A stretch of DNA of 64,000 bases from an uncultured Spirochaetales bacterium (GCA_964458315.1 CAYWIK010000004.1:6019-70018), one strand, 5' to 3'. Counted from the first letter of the stretch, positions 39,403 to 49,997 are shown. Made by a program: numbers and translations. The notes: generated from the letters alone by a model not told the origin.

Positions 39403-40332
39403 TCAGGACAAGAGTCCCTGGATGATAAGTTCCACCGCGTCGTCTTCCGGAAGCCCCCGGGCCATCAAGGTTTGGAGCTGTTTCGAATCGACGCTGCCGA
39501 TTGCGGCCTCATGCGTTATATGGGCCTTCGGATTATTCACCTGGACGATAGGCACTGCCTTGGCAACCGCTGAATCCTGGACAATTTCCTTACAGTCCAC
39601 ATGCCCGCGGGCGTAGGGCGCGTCCGCGGCTAAGTCGTTGTAGATCTCCGCCCTGGCATTTTCCCGCAGCGCAATGTGGGAAACCAGCACTCCCCGCGCG
39701 TGTTCGCCGTGCAGTCTTCCCGCTTCACGAATGATCACCACATCGTCACCCCGAGCGCTTATACGGGCGGTCATCTCCAGGGTGCTGTAGGCCGCGCATT
39801 CGGTTGAGTAATCGATATCCATATAGCCGACCCTTCCTTTGAGCAGTTCAAACTCGGTAGAAAAAACAGCGCCTTCATCCAGCGTTATTTCGGCTTTCGG
39901 GACAACTTTTACCCCGCCGTAATCGCTGTGCACATGCCGCTCAAAGTAGGAATATTTCCCGTTTTTTCCCACTCGGATTTTCGCATTCATCAGATGCTCC
40001 ACCTTTTTCGCATTGGGAAAGGTGCAGTGGGCGAGGAACGACGCTTCGGCGTCTTCTTCTATGGTGATGTCCAATTCGATTTTCTGTACTCCGGTTTCTG
40101 GAATAACGCCGAAACAGAGGTGCACGGGATTTTCAAGTTTAACCCCTTTTTCGACCCGCAAAACCGCGGAAATACCGTCCTCCTTTTCCACCGCATCGAT
40201 AATCAGCCCTTCCACTCCCTCAGAGCGAAGGACGTGGTTCCCATTAATTTCCACGTGCGCGGTATTTTCACCAAAATGTCTATGCATCTCGATGGATGCG
40301 AGAAGTTCATCCAATGCTTGGTCGCTGCTCAT
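39403..40332 (-). CDS. sufD: Fe-S cluster assembly protein SufB/SufD family
   Basis: SufBD beta-helix domain. Directly downstream of sufC, giving a minimal SufBC-type system. Confidence 0.7.
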   Translation of the reverse strand: MSSDQALDELLASIEMHRHFGENTAHVEINGNHVLRSEGVEGLIIDAVEKEDGISAVLRVEKGVKLENPVHLCFGVIPETGVQKIELDITIEEDAEASFLAHCTFPNAKKVEHLMNAKIRVGKNGKYSYFERHVHSDYGGVKVVPKAEITLDEGAVFSTEFELLKGRVGYMDIDYSTECAAYSTLEMTARISARGDDVVIIREAGRLHGEHARGVLVSHIALRENARAEIYNDLAADAPYARGHVDCKEIVQDSAVAKAVPIVQVNNPKAHITHEAAIGSVDSKQLQTLMARGLPEDDAVELIIQGLLS

Positions 40333-40336
40333 TGTT

Positions 40337-41071
40337 TTAACCTGCCTGTTCCAATTCGGGTTCGTTTTTATGGGTGCAGGGGATGCATTTCCCCTCGAAA
40401 TAGTCCTTCATTTTGTCCACCGTGCCTTTGTCCACGATCCGGCCGTGGCACATGAGAAAAGCATGGTCCGCCTCCTGCAGCACCCTCGAACTATGGGTGA
40501 TAAGAACAACGGTCGAGCCGTTTTGCTTTAATTTTTTGATGACCCGAAAAATGTATTCGATTGCGTCGGTATCTATCCCCGAGTCCGGTTCATCCATCAA
40601 GACGATTTTAGGTTCCATCACGATAATCGAGGCAACTTCAATCCGTTTGCGCTCACCGCCGCTTAAGGTCTTGTCCACCGCCCGGTTTCGGTAATTGTCA
40701 GGATCGAGGCCGACCATCTGGAGGGCATCTTCAACGGTATATTCGTCCGCATCCTTTGCGGCCGCCTTGATGAACTTTTCCACCGTAATGCCTTCGAAAC
40801 GGGCAGGTTCCTGCCAGGCCAGGGTGATTCCTCTTTGTGCCCGTTCGAATACCGAAAGACCGTTTAATTCTTCACCGTTAAAATTGATTTTCCCCTCATA
40901 GTCCCGATACTCCGGCAGCCCCATGATCGTCTGCGCAAGGGTGGATTTTCCCGCCCCGTTCGGTCCGACAATTGCATGAATATGTCCGTCCCAAAAATCG
41001 ATGGAAACGTCCTGTAATATTTTCTTGTCCTCAAATGCGAGGGACAATTTTTGTATCTGTAATGTACCCAT
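40337..41071 (-). CDS. sufC: Fe-S cluster assembly ATPase SufC
   Basis: Walker A GPNGAGKST, ABC signature LSGGERKR, and the SufC-specific regions. Confidence 0.88.
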   Translation of the reverse strand: MGTLQIQKLSLAFEDKKILQDVSIDFWDGHIHAIVGPNGAGKSTLAQTIMGLPEYRDYEGKINFNGEELNGLSVFERAQRGITLAWQEPARFEGITVEKFIKAAAKDADEYTVEDALQMVGLDPDNYRNRAVDKTLSGGERKRIEVASIIVMEPKIVLMDEPDSGIDTDAIEYIFRVIKKLKQNGSTVVLITHSSRVLQEADHAFLMCHGRIVDKGTVDKMKDYFEGKCIPCTHKNEPELEQAG

Positions 41072-41087
41072 ATATTATAAACCTCCG

Positions 41088-41615
41088 TTATTCGGAAATA
41101 CCGGTCAGCATCTCGGTATAGTACCGGCTTTCGATTTTCTCCCTGGGTATGCGTAAATAATCCAGGATCTTTAAAATTTCATCCTTGGCCTTCTGTTTGT
41201 CATGCCGGTTTTCAGAATGCACCAGTTTTTCGATTTCGATAAACCATCCGAGCTTCTCGACAAGACTCAGTTCCACGGTAATACCGTCCGCGTCGAAGGC
41301 TTCGGTTGTTTTTTTCTTCTTTACATAAACCGGGCAGCCGATCTCGGAAACAAATTTTTCAAAAACCTCTCCATCGGAAACAAAAAACTCTTTTTCCAGA
41401 TTCTCTTCGATTCCCTGCTCGCGGCGCTTCTTTTTAATTGTTACGATATTTTCCCCTTCCTGTTTCCTGAGCCTGAATGTTTCTTTTTTGCCGGGGAAAC
41501 GGAAATAGGTGTCCTCTTTGACATATTTTCGTGAAAAGGAATAGGTGCTTTTCAGCCGCTTTCGCAGCGGTTCCGGTTTTTCTACCCATGCCTTGATTTC
41601 GATCTCATATGCCAC
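41088..41615 (-). CDS. CYTH domain protein (CyaB/thiamine-triphosphatase-like triphosphate tunnel enzyme)
   Basis: N-terminal EIEIKAW (ExExK) motif and CYTH length (175 aa). Confidence 0.65.
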   Translation of the reverse strand: MAYEIEIKAWVEKPEPLRKRLKSTYSFSRKYVKEDTYFRFPGKKETFRLRKQEGENIVTIKKKRREQGIEENLEKEFFVSDGEVFEKFVSEIGCPVYVKKKKTTEAFDADGITVELSLVEKLGWFIEIEKLVHSENRHDKQKAKDEILKILDYLRIPREKIESRYYTEMLTGISE

Positions 41616-41628
41616 AACTTAAACACTC

Positions 41629-43281
41629 CTACTTCCAAATAAGGACGCTTGGATCGTAATCCTCAGGCGGCTCATACCCTAACAGTTCCATGCTCGTGGC
41701 TGCGAGTGAGCCGATTCCAAGACCCTCCCGTAAGCTTGTTTCATATTCGCCGTTGTAAGAGGGATCGTAAATAATACACGGAACCGGGTTGAGCGAATGG
41801 GAGGTCTTCGCCTGGGGCATGCCGTTCTCTTTTAATTTCACCTTTCCTGTTTTTTTATCGTGTTCGTACATGTCGTCGGAGTTGCCGTGGTCCGCCGAGA
41901 GGACCGCGATCCCTTCGGCTTTTCTTACCGCAGTAAGCAGGCGGCCGATCGAAAGGTCTAAAGCCTCCATGGCGCAGATCACCGACTGGTAAATCCCGGT
42001 ATGTCCCACCATGTCCCCGTTCGGGTAGTTGAGCCGGATAAAGTCATACTTTCCGCTTTCGATCGCCTCGATTACCCGGTCGGTAATTTCCGCGGCTTTC
42101 ATCCATGGACGCTGTTCGAAAGGCACCATGTCGGAAGGGACCTCCACATACTCTTCCAGCTCCTCCGAATATTTTCCCAATTTGTTGCCGTTAAAAAAGT
42201 AGGTTACGTGCCCGTATTTCTGGGTCTCACTGATTGCTAAAGACCGCACCTCTGAAGCCACTAAGTACTGTCCGACGGTCCGGTCGATTTTAGGCGGCGA
42301 AACGAGATACTGTTTCGGGATATGCAGATCACCGTCATATTCCATCATTCCCGCGTATTCGACCCCGGGTCTCCGGACACGGTCGAATTTATCGAAGTCC
42401 TCTTCCTCGAAAGCCGCGGTAATCTCTAAGGCGCGGTCGCCGCGGAAATTAAAGAAAATGACACTGTCGCCGTCCTCAATGGTACCGACAGGTTTGCCGT
42501 TTTCAGCAATCACAAACGGGGGAAGGTCCTGGTCGATCGCCTCGGTTTCCTTTCGCAGGGTCTCCACCGCTTCATGGGCGCTTGTAAAAAATCTCCCCTC
42601 TCCGAGCACATGGGTGTGCCATCCTTTTTCAACCATACCCCAGTCCGCACCGTAACGGTCCATGGTAATTTTCATTCTCCCGCCGCCGGAGGCAATGCGG
42701 TAATCAACGCCCTTGGAATTGAGTTCTTGAAGGTATTCTTCGAACGGATCGATGTATTCGAGGGCGGAGGTCTCTCCCACGTCCCGGCCGTCGAGGAGTG
42801 TATGAATCCGCGCTTTTTTTACGCCGTCTTCGATCGCCCGCTCGAGCATTGCCTTGAGATGGTCTAAGTGGCTGTGTACATTTCCGTCGGAAAAAAGCCC
42901 GATAAAGTGGAGCTTTCCGTTTGAATCTTTTGCATTGGCAACCAGTTTCTTCCACACCTCTTCTTCGAACATTTCCCCGCTCTTGATGGCATGGTTCACC
43001 CGCTTCGCCCCCTGGGCGAAAACCCTTCCGCTTCCGATTGCATTGTGCCCCACTTCGCTGTTTCCCATATCATCGTCGGAAGGCAGCCCTACCGCGGTGC
43101 CGTGGGCTTTAAGCCGCGTATAAGGGCAGGTCTCATGCAGTTTATCGAGATGGACCGTGTATGCCGCCTTGATGCCGTCCCCTTCTTCATATTTTCCGTA
43201 ACCGACGCCGTCCATGATCACGAGGACAACCGGCCCTTTCCGCTTCGTATATTTAGAATGTTTTTTCAGCTTTTCAACCAT
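41629..43281 (-). CDS. gpmI: 2,3-bisphosphoglycerate-independent phosphoglycerate mutase
   Basis: PVVLVIMDGVGYG N-terminus. The phosphoserine and Mn-binding motifs are conserved. Length 550 aa. Confidence 0.9.
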   Translation of the reverse strand: MVEKLKKHSKYTKRKGPVVLVIMDGVGYGKYEEGDGIKAAYTVHLDKLHETCPYTRLKAHGTAVGLPSDDDMGNSEVGHNAIGSGRVFAQGAKRVNHAIKSGEMFEEEVWKKLVANAKDSNGKLHFIGLFSDGNVHSHLDHLKAMLERAIEDGVKKARIHTLLDGRDVGETSALEYIDPFEEYLQELNSKGVDYRIASGGGRMKITMDRYGADWGMVEKGWHTHVLGEGRFFTSAHEAVETLRKETEAIDQDLPPFVIAENGKPVGTIEDGDSVIFFNFRGDRALEITAAFEEEDFDKFDRVRRPGVEYAGMMEYDGDLHIPKQYLVSPPKIDRTVGQYLVASEVRSLAISETQKYGHVTYFFNGNKLGKYSEELEEYVEVPSDMVPFEQRPWMKAAEITDRVIEAIESGKYDFIRLNYPNGDMVGHTGIYQSVICAMEALDLSIGRLLTAVRKAEGIAVLSADHGNSDDMYEHDKKTGKVKLKENGMPQAKTSHSLNPVPCIIYDPSYNGEYETSLREGLGIGSLAATSMELLGYEPPEDYDPSVLIWK

Positions 43282-43350
43282 TTGTTCGTATCCTCTTTTT
43301 GTTTTTCCGGATTTAGATTAGTCGATATTGCAAATACAATCAACATGTGC

Positions 43351-45417
43351 TCACTTTTCCGGATCTTCGAGCAGTTTTTTAAGCTCCTCAATGGTGGAAA
43401 CAGGGGCCCGGCAGGAAAAGCCTGAGCAGACATATACCCGGGGCGCCGTTTCCGGAACGCCGGACTGCCCGGTATCTGTCCCGTATCGTTTCGTGTAAGG
43501 AGCAAAATCAGCCAATGCCTTTGCATTTTCAGCCGTCTTGAGCAGGACCGCCGAATGGGGCAGATAGGTTTGATTTATCTCCTTGATAAACTTCTCGGTC
43601 TCCTCCTCTTCCCCGGTTATGACAATTTCATGTCCGCCTGAAGTGTAAAGCAATAGAGAAGATAAGAGCATGGCAAAGGCGGATGGATATTGAGAAAGCT
43701 CCGTGGAAAGGGACTGAATCGCCCGTTCCGCCGACTCACGGTACGTAGGTTTTCCGGTCAGCTGATACAGCCTGAGAAGATTTTCCACCGTGAAGGAAAG
43801 ACCGGAGGGAATGGCGTTGTCGACGGCCCGTTTTGAACGGACCGGAAGGTCGACTGTATTCATATCTGTAAAATAAAAACCGCCGTTTTCCCGGTCTTCG
43901 AAGCGGGCGGAGACAAAGGCGGACAACCGTTCGGCTTCTTTAAGCCGGTCGAGGTGAAAGTCCGCCCGGTAGAGCTCTAAAAGGGCCGCAATTATAAAGG
44001 CGTAATCGTCCAGATTTCCGTTAATGCCTGCCTGATCGTTTCTGTAGCGGTGGAAAAGCCCGCCGTCCTCGCGCTTCATCCGCTCGAGGAGAAAAGAAAG
44101 GGCTCGGCTTGCCGTTTCAACATACCGCGGTTCAGCTAATACCCATCCCGCCCTCGCAAGGGCATATATCATAAGCCCGTTCCAATTGGTGAGAACTTTA
44201 TCGTCCCTTTCGGGCGCCGCCCGCTTTTCCCGGAGGGACAAAAGCCGCTTTCTGACCTCTTCTAATTTATCCCGTCCCCCGGGCGGTTCGGTGCCGGGTG
44301 TACGGTAGAGAATATTATCCCCGACATGAAAGAAATTGATAAACCCTTCCTCTCCGGGTTTGAGTGCATTCACAAACTCTTCATAACCCCAGACATAATA
44401 CTTCCCCTCTTCTCCTTCGCTGTCCGCGTCCACGGCTGTGTAGAAGCCGCCCTCAGGTGAAAGAAGCTCACGTACGGCATAACGGTATATTTCGCTCACC
44501 GTTTCCGCGTACTCCCGTTCCCCGGTGACTCGGTACATTTCCGTATAAGCGAGAAGAAGCATTGCCTGATCGTAAAGCATCTTTTCGAAGTGCGGGACCT
44601 TCCACTCCATATCGGTAGAGTAGCGGTGAAACCCGAACCCGAGCTGGTCGCAGATACCGCCGGCCCGCATATTGTCGAGGGTGTGTTTGGTCATAGAAAG
44701 TGCTTTCTCATCTCCTGTTTCCTTCCAGTACCGGAGAAGGAACAAAAAGTTATGGGACTGAGGAAATTTCGGCTCTTTCGAAAATCCGCCGAACCGGGGC
44801 TCGTATGCCGATGAAAGCGATTCGAACGCTTTCCGCGATGCGGTCTTTATCAAATCATCACGGCGGTCCGGCGAAACGGCCGCTTCCGGCCGGCCTTCTT
44901 TTTTGTTTTTCTTTTCCATAGCCGCCATGATTGAGTCAGCCGACTGAAAGATCTTTTTCCGGCCGCTCTTCCACAATTCTTCGATCTTAGGGATAAGTTC
45001 CAGCATCCCCGCGGAAAACATCGAGCGCTTTTTCGGAATGTAGGTCGCGGCGAAAAACGGTTTGCCTTCGGGAGTAAGCACCAAATTGAGGGGCCAGCCG
45101 CCTGAACCGTTAAGCATTACGGCTATATCCATGAAAAATGAGTCCAGATCAGGCCGATCTTCCCGGTCCACCTTGATCGGGACAAAAGCCCTGTTCATGA
45201 GTTCCGCCACCTGTTCATCCTCGAAGGATTCGTGCTCCATCACATGACACCAGTGGCATGTCGAATATCCGATGGAGAGGAAGATCATTTTGTCCTCCTT
45301 CCGCGCCTTTTCGAAAGCCTCGTCGCCCCAGGGATACCAATCCACCGGATTGTCCGCGTGCTGCAGCAGGTAAGGGCTGTTTTCATATGCCAATCTGTTT
45401 TGTTTTGTTTGTTCCAC
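43351..45417 (-). CDS. Thioredoxin-domain protein, DUF255/YyaL family (thioredoxin-like N-domain plus (alpha/alpha)6 barrel)
   Basis: [50 protein letters not shown], typical of the DUF255 N-terminus. Confidence 0.8.
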   Translation of the reverse strand: MEQTKQNRLAYENSPYLLQHADNPVDWYPWGDEAFEKARKEDKMIFLSIGYSTCHWCHVMEHESFEDEQVAELMNRAFVPIKVDREDRPDLDSFFMDIAVMLNGSGGWPLNLVLTPEGKPFFAATYIPKKRSMFSAGMLELIPKIEELWKSGRKKIFQSADSIMAAMEKKNKKEGRPEAAVSPDRRDDLIKTASRKAFESLSSAYEPRFGGFSKEPKFPQSHNFLFLLRYWKETGDEKALSMTKHTLDNMRAGGICDQLGFGFHRYSTDMEWKVPHFEKMLYDQAMLLLAYTEMYRVTGEREYAETVSEIYRYAVRELLSPEGGFYTAVDADSEGEEGKYYVWGYEEFVNALKPGEEGFINFFHVGDNILYRTPGTEPPGGRDKLEEVRKRLLSLREKRAAPERDDKVLTNWNGLMIYALARAGWVLAEPRYVETASRALSFLLERMKREDGGLFHRYRNDQAGINGNLDDYAFIIAALLELYRADFHLDRLKEAERLSAFVSARFEDRENGGFYFTDMNTVDLPVRSKRAVDNAIPSGLSFTVENLLRLYQLTGKPTYRESAERAIQSLSTELSQYPSAFAMLLSSLLLYTSGGHEIVITGEEEETEKFIKEINQTYLPHSAVLLKTAENAKALADFAPYTKRYGTDTGQSGVPETAPRVYVCSGFSCRAPVSTIEELKKLLEDPEK

Positions 45418-45486
45418 AACAATATCCTTTGTTTTTCTTACTTATAAAGTAATAATAGGTTGCCGAGAAATCCAGAAGGAAATCGT

Positions 45487-46257
45487 TCAGGAAAAATTTT
45501 CAACCACCCGGGATATTTGCTCGTGGATAACCACATCTGCCGCGGCATCTAAAGGGGTTTCCGATTTCGTCACAATGCCGAGCTTCGCGCCGTTGCGCTT
45601 TGCGGACTCGGGGAATCCGGCGGCAGGATAAACGACCAGGGTGCTCCCGAAGCAGAGCATGCAGTCGCAGTCGTGAGCCAATTTCTCAGCGCGGGAAAGC
45701 TCTTCCGGCTTAAGGTTCTGGCCGAAGGATACGGTGTCCGGTTTGAGCCGGCCGCCGCACGCGCCGCACCGCGGAGGCCCTTTATGCTCGAGGTCGAGGG
45801 ATTCGAAGACCTCATCGGAAGGGAAAATTTTGCTGCATTGTAAGCATCTGGTATAAAGACCGGTACCGTGCAGATTGACGATTATTTCTTCAGGCAGTCC
45901 GCTCCGTTCATGGAGTCCGTCGATATTTTGCGTTATAAGGCCTAGAAGCTTACCTTCGTCGTACAGCCGCTTGAAAAAAAGGTGACCGCTGTTCGGTTTC
46001 GCATCCCTGATGCTCGGCCACATCTCCACTTTCCGCTGCCAGTAGAGGAGCCTCTTTTGCGCGTCCTGAAGGAATTCGTTGTAATAGACCGGCGTAAATC
46101 GGTCCCAAAGCCCTCCCTTGCTCCGGTAATCGGAAATCCCTGATTCCGTACTGATTCCCGCCCCGGTGAAGCCGACAATTTTTTGGGACCGATCAATCAA
46201 CAGCTTTAGTTTTTCAATGTTGGAAGGTCCTGTACGTTCGTTACTGGTTGTTTTCAT
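45487..46257 (-). CDS. cobB: NAD-dependent protein deacylase (Sir2 family, CobB-like)
   Basis: GAGIS.ESGI.DYRS motif, a zinc ribbon (CLQC...CGACGG), and catalytic His in the NIDGLH region. Confidence 0.85.
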   Translation of the reverse strand: MKTTSNERTGPSNIEKLKLLIDRSQKIVGFTGAGISTESGISDYRSKGGLWDRFTPVYYNEFLQDAQKRLLYWQRKVEMWPSIRDAKPNSGHLFFKRLYDEGKLLGLITQNIDGLHERSGLPEEIIVNLHGTGLYTRCLQCSKIFPSDEVFESLDLEHKGPPRCGACGGRLKPDTVSFGQNLKPEELSRAEKLAHDCDCMLCFGSTLVVYPAAGFPESAKRNGAKLGIVTKSETPLDAAADVVIHEQISRVVENFS

Positions 46258-46343
46258 CTATTCGCGCAACCTCATATAACAAAATAATGAAAAAACAAGG
46301 ACCTGTATATGGGTTTTTGAATTGAAGTAAGGAGGGATAAAAA

Positions 46344-46368
46344 AGCACCCTCCCCCAGGGTGCTTTTA
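46344..46368 (-). terminator. Rho-independent terminator (bidirectional-capable; stronger T-run on the minus strand)
   Basis: Stem agcaccct / agggtgct with a ccccc loop. Flanked by aaaaaa upstream and ttttaaaaaaa downstream on the + strand, which reads as a 6-T run on the - strand. Confidence 0.6.
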
Positions 46369-46540
46369 AAAAAACTACTTTTTTAAATCCGCCAATAATT
46401 GACTTATGTTCTTGATTATATCATCATAAATTTTGCCTGTCAATGATTTTTTTCGCAAATTTACTTCTCATTTATAGAGAAATACACAATTATAGGTAAT
46501 TCATGGGTGCATATTCCCTATCATCGCGTTTACCGTTAAA

Positions 46541-46765
46541 ATGCATATCGTATGGAAAGAAACACCTGATTCGGGAAATTTGGGTGCATTCGTCCTGATA
46601 TGCGCCGGGATAATTGCCCTCTCAGGAATCGGTACAGCGGTTATTGCCGCCCGCGGGCTGTCGGTCACAGGGCTGGTCGAGCGGGTAAATATCTTTACCC
46701 TGCAGCTGATGGTCCTGGTGCTGTCTTTATGGTTTTATTTCCGAACTTTCAGGGTCCCTTCATGA
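46541..46765 (+). CDS. Putative small two-TM membrane protein (74 aa), unsupported by homology
   Basis: An ORF in the AT-rich tRNA-adjacent region encoding two hydrophobic helices (AFVLICAGIIALSGIGTAVIAA; IFTLQLMVLVLSLWFYF). Local GC rises over the ORF. There is no clear RBS. Confidence 0.25.
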   Translation: MHIVWKETPDSGNLGAFVLICAGIIALSGIGTAVIAARGLSVTGLVERVNIFTLQLMVLVLSLWFYFRTFRVPS

Positions 46766-46909
46766 GATTACCTAAGTTTATTGTTCCCCTCCGGGGATCT
46801 TCGTATATATTCAATCATTACTTGAAAATATCATGCATATTTCAAGTAGACAATGGAAATTACACAAAAAACTCTATTTCGACGGCTCAAGCGGCTACGC
46901 CGGGTAAAC

Positions 46910-46944
46910 AAAAAGCGGGATACCTCAATGGTATCCCGTTTTTA
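46910..46944 (-). terminator. Rho-independent terminator immediately 3' of tRNA-Val
   Basis: Stem cgggatacc / ggtatcccg with loop tcaat. Followed on the minus strand by cttttt (and on the plus strand by ttttta). Confidence 0.65.
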
Positions 46945-47017
46945 TGGGCGGTAGAGGACTTGAACCTCTGACTTCCTGCTTGTAAGGCAGGCGCTCTCCC
47001 AGCTGAGCTAACCGCCC
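46945..47017 (-). tRNA. tRNA-Val (anticodon TAC)
   Basis: The reverse complement gives GGGCGGTTAGCTCAGCTGGGAGAGCGCCTGCCTTACAAGCAGGAAGTCAGAGGTTCAAGTCCTCTACCGCCCA. It has a 7-bp acceptor stem, D-loop AGCTCAGCTGGGAGAGC, anticodon loop CTTACAA, T-arm GGTTCAAGTCC and discriminator A. CCA is not encoded. Confidence 0.9.
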
Positions 47018-47098
47018 GATTTTTTTTGTCCGGAGGTTCGTTCGGTTTAGGGGAGCCCCCCTGCACCTTATGCCGCCCCGGGCGCAAAAACCGCGCTC

Positions 47099-47128
47099 AA
47101 ATTAGCACGGCTTTTCCTGTTTTGTCAA
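47099..47128 (-). promoter_or_regulatory. Putative promoter for tRNA-Val (TTGACA-18-TAATTT on the minus strand)
   Basis: The minus-strand sequence reads ttgacaaaacaggaaaagccgtgctaattt, about 80 nt upstream of the tRNA 5' end. It overlaps the stop of the CAP-domain gene. Confidence 0.25.
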
Positions 47129-47838
47129 CTATCCGGCCGTTCGAACCGGTAGGACTCGGTAAACACGGGAAAACCCTCATCATGCATATAGCCGAAGCGC
47201 AAAAAATAAAGAAAACCAGGTTCTTTCGTTTCGATTACGAAACGGCTGCCGCCGAAATCCCCGGTCGGCTTGCTCACCTCCATATTCACAGGAGCACCGT
47301 TGAGTTCCGCAACCGGCTTCTCCACTCCATATATCGTTCCTTCAATCCGTATGCCGCCACCCGGGAAGGAAGCAGAAATGCCGCGCAGATGTTTCTCCGT
47401 AAAAACGACCACATAGACGGACCCGCCTTTGGGCAAAGCCGCCTTTCCCGCCCCTAAATGGGTCCACAAGGGGTGCAGAATAAAGGAGAGGTGCTCCCTG
47501 CTCTCACGCCACGCCGCAACAACATCCGCAAATGCCGGGCCCTTTCCGAGGATTTCCCCGGCAATAAGTGACGAGCCGCCGGCTGACCGATACCGGTTGA
47601 CCGCGCGCTTCCCTTCCGCATCTATGTGCGAAAATCGCTTTTCCGACGCAATTTTTTGGGCATATAGGGCGGCAGCCGTCCGGGCCGCTTTGTCTGTTTC
47701 CAAAGGGCCCAGTCCGATTTTCCGCCGCATTCGGTTAATTTCGTTCTCAATTTCTTTAGCCTCCTCTGTTTCGGCCGGAGTTACCAAAGGAAGTAAAAGA
47801 GCATGAATGCACAAGAATAAAAGTATTTTTTTCCGCAC
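47125..47838 (-). CDS. Secreted CAP/SCP/PR-1 domain protein with a C-terminal extension
   Basis: Signal peptide (KKILLFLCIHALLLPLVTPA). CAP motifs (N..R...GL.PL..D...A..AA..YAQKIA...FSH...GE, WRESREH, LWTHLGAG). Confidence 0.65.
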   Translation of the reverse strand: MRKKILLFLCIHALLLPLVTPAETEEAKEIENEINRMRRKIGLGPLETDKAARTAAALYAQKIASEKRFSHIDAEGKRAVNRYRSAGGSSLIAGEILGKGPAFADVVAAWRESREHLSFILHPLWTHLGAGKAALPKGGSVYVVVFTEKHLRGISASFPGGGIRIEGTIYGVEKPVAELNGAPVNMEVSKPTGDFGGSRFVIETKEPGFLYFLRFGYMHDEGFPVFTESYRFERPDS

Positions 47839-47867
47839 ATGGCTATTATAGTGAAAATCAAACTACT

Positions 47868-47896
47868 TTTCAAAGAAAATAACATCATGATAATAT
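47868..47896 (+). promoter_or_regulatory. Putative promoter for fusA (TTTCAA-17-TAATAT)
   Basis: Hexamers at 47868-47873 and 47891-47896. RBS ggagagg and the ATG at 47918. Confidence 0.3.
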
Positions 47897-47917
47897 ACGT
47901 CGGAGAGGTAAAAATAG

Positions 47918-49954
47918 ATGGCAGGCAAATTACGGCGAAACATCGGCATCATGGCGCATATCGACGCCGGGAAAACGACCACGACCGAGAGGATACTCTT
48001 TTATACGGGGAAATCCCACCGAATGGGGGAGGTCGACCGCGGCGATGCGGTCATGGATTGGATGGAACAGGAGCAGAACCGCGGAATCACCATCACTTCA
48101 GCAGCCACCACGTGTTTTTGGAAAGAAGCACAGATCAACATTATCGACACTCCCGGGCATGTCGATTTTACCGCAGAGGTGGAACGTTCACTGCGCGTCT
48201 TAGACGGCGCCGTCGCCATTTTCTGTGCGGTTGGAGGAGTTGAGCCACAGTCCGAAACAGTCTGGCATCAGGCGGACCGGTATGAAGTGCCGCGGATCGC
48301 GTATGTCAATAAGATGGATAGAATCGGTTCGGACTTTTTCTCCGTTGTAGAGGAAATTCAGGGCAAGTTAGGGTCCAATCCCGTTGTACTGCAGCTTCCT
48401 ATCGGAAAAGAATCGGAATTTAAAGGGATAATCGATCTTATCAATATGCGGGAAATTTATTGGGATGAAGAAAGCATCGGCAGCACGATGCGGTTCGAGA
48501 AAATTCCTGAAGAGCGGCAGGAACAGTTCGACACTTGGCGGGAAAAGCTGATCGACAGTCTGTCACACTATTCCGATAAAATAACGGAACTCTTTTTGGA
48601 AGGAAAAAATATCCCCGCCGACCTAATCCACGATGTAATCCGTGAGCGGACGATCAGCAGAGATATCGTACCGGTCCTCGCGGGGGCCTCTCTCAAGAAC
48701 ATAGGAGTCCAGCCCCTTCTCGAAGCCGTTGTGTCGTACCTGCCGGCGCCGGAAGAACTTCCGCCGATTTCTGCCCATCACCCGAAAACAGAAGAAGAGG
48801 TGTTGGTAGAAAGGAAAGATGACGGCCCGCCCCTTGCCCTTGTCTTTAAAATCCAGCACGACCGCGAAGCCGGAACGTTGAGCTTTATCCGTGTCTACAG
48901 CGGCAAATTCAAAGCCTCCGGTTCATACTACAATATCGATAAAAAAAAGAAAGAGCGGTTCAACCGTATCCTTCGCATGCACTCAAACCGATATGAAAAA
49001 CTCGACCAAGTAGAAGCCGGAGACATATCGGTAGTCATCGGTCTTAAATTTTCCCAAACCGGAGATACCCTCGGCTCCGAAGGGCAGCAGGTACTCTTCG
49101 AACCGATGCAGTTTCCGGAACCGGTCATTTCCGTTGCCGTGGAACCTCGCACGATTTCGGACATGGACAAACTTCGCTCCACCCTCGATATTCTCAGGAA
49201 AGAAGACCCGACCTTTACGGTCAAGGATGACGAAGAAACCGGGCAGCTGATTATTTCCGGCATGGGGGAACTTCATCTCGATGTGCTTATGACCAGGGTT
49301 TTAGACGACTTCAAAATCGAGGCCAACGTGGGTAACCCTCAGGTTACCTATCGCGAGACCGTCACTAAAAGCGTTACCCATACGGAAAAATATCACCGCG
49401 TCTTAGGAGGGAAGGAACACACGGCGGAGATCGTCCTGAAAATCGAACCCCTGCCCAGGGGCTCGGGTAAGCGTTTTTTATCCCAGGTCTCCAAAAACGA
49501 GCTGCCCGAAGATTTGATCGAAGCGGTCCGGCGGGGCATCGAAGGAGCTTTCTCGTCCGGCACCATGTACGGATATCAAACCATTGACATCAGCGCGACC
49601 TTAGCGGATGCCAAATACAGCCAAAGTACATCCACTCCTCTCGCCTTCGAAGCCGCCGGCTCTTTAGGCTTTGACGCCGCGTGCAGGAAAGCCGCCCCGG
49701 TACTCCTCGAACCGATCATGTACATCGACGTCATGACGCCGAAGGAGTTCGTCGGCGATGTAATTAATCATCTGACGTCAAAGGGCGGCGTTATCGTAAG
49801 CATCGAAAGCAAAGCGACGATCGAACATGTGCGCGCGCAAACGCCCCTCCGGAGTATGTTCGGCTATTCGACGTCCCTCCGCAGCATGACCCAGGGCCGC
49901 GGCACCTTTGCCATGGAGTTTTCCCATTTTGCACCGATCGAGAATAAGAAATGA
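47918..49954 (+). CDS. fusA: Elongation factor G (canonical G motifs)
   Basis: G1 [10 protein letters not shown]3 DTPGHVDF, G4 NKMD. Domains II-V. Length 678 aa. Confidence 0.9.
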   Translation: MAGKLRRNIGIMAHIDAGKTTTTERILFYTGKSHRMGEVDRGDAVMDWMEQEQNRGITITSAATTCFWKEAQINIIDTPGHVDFTAEVERSLRVLDGAVAIFCAVGGVEPQSETVWHQADRYEVPRIAYVNKMDRIGSDFFSVVEEIQGKLGSNPVVLQLPIGKESEFKGIIDLINMREIYWDEESIGSTMRFEKIPEERQEQFDTWREKLIDSLSHYSDKITELFLEGKNIPADLIHDVIRERTISRDIVPVLAGASLKNIGVQPLLEAVVSYLPAPEELPPISAHHPKTEEEVLVERKDDGPPLALVFKIQHDREAGTLSFIRVYSGKFKASGSYYNIDKKKKERFNRILRMHSNRYEKLDQVEAGDISVVIGLKFSQTGDTLGSEGQQVLFEPMQFPEPVISVAVEPRTISDMDKLRSTLDILRKEDPTFTVKDDEETGQLIISGMGELHLDVLMTRVLDDFKIEANVGNPQVTYRETVTKSVTHTEKYHRVLGGKEHTAEIVLKIEPLPRGSGKRFLSQVSKNELPEDLIEAVRRGIEGAFSSGTMYGYQTIDISATLADAKYSQSTSTPLAFEAAGSLGFDAACRKAAPVLLEPIMYIDVMTPKEFVGDVINHLTSKGGVIVSIESKATIEHVRAQTPLRSMFGYSTSLRSMTQGRGTFAMEFSHFAPIENKK

Positions 49955-49968
49955 GATAGTTTTATTTC

Positions 49969-49997
49969 TTGACAACGATTTATCTGACAGATATAGT
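49969..49997 (+). promoter_or_regulatory. Near-consensus sigma70 promoter, TTGACA-17-TATAGT, for the second EF-G paralog
   Basis: TTGACA at 49969-49974, a 17-nt spacer, TATAGT at 49992-49997. RBS aggagag at 50024-50030 and the ATG at 50034. Confidence 0.55.

Noticed and set aside
45487-46257. Sir2-domain protein considered as a possible anti-phage (Thoeris/DSR-like) effector because it sits next to a tRNA and an AT-rich region.
   Set aside because: The sequence is a canonical CobB-type sirtuin with the zinc-ribbon Cys pairs and a compact 256-aa length. It has no fused sensor or TIR/SLOG/Macro partner and no neighbouring defence genes, so it is most likely a housekeeping deacylase.
46600-46971. 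123-aa ORF (+) overlapping the tRNA-Val gene and its terminator.
   Set aside because: It runs through a tRNA and a terminator hairpin, and has low-complexity, Gly/Arg/Pro-rich composition. Almost certainly it is not translated.
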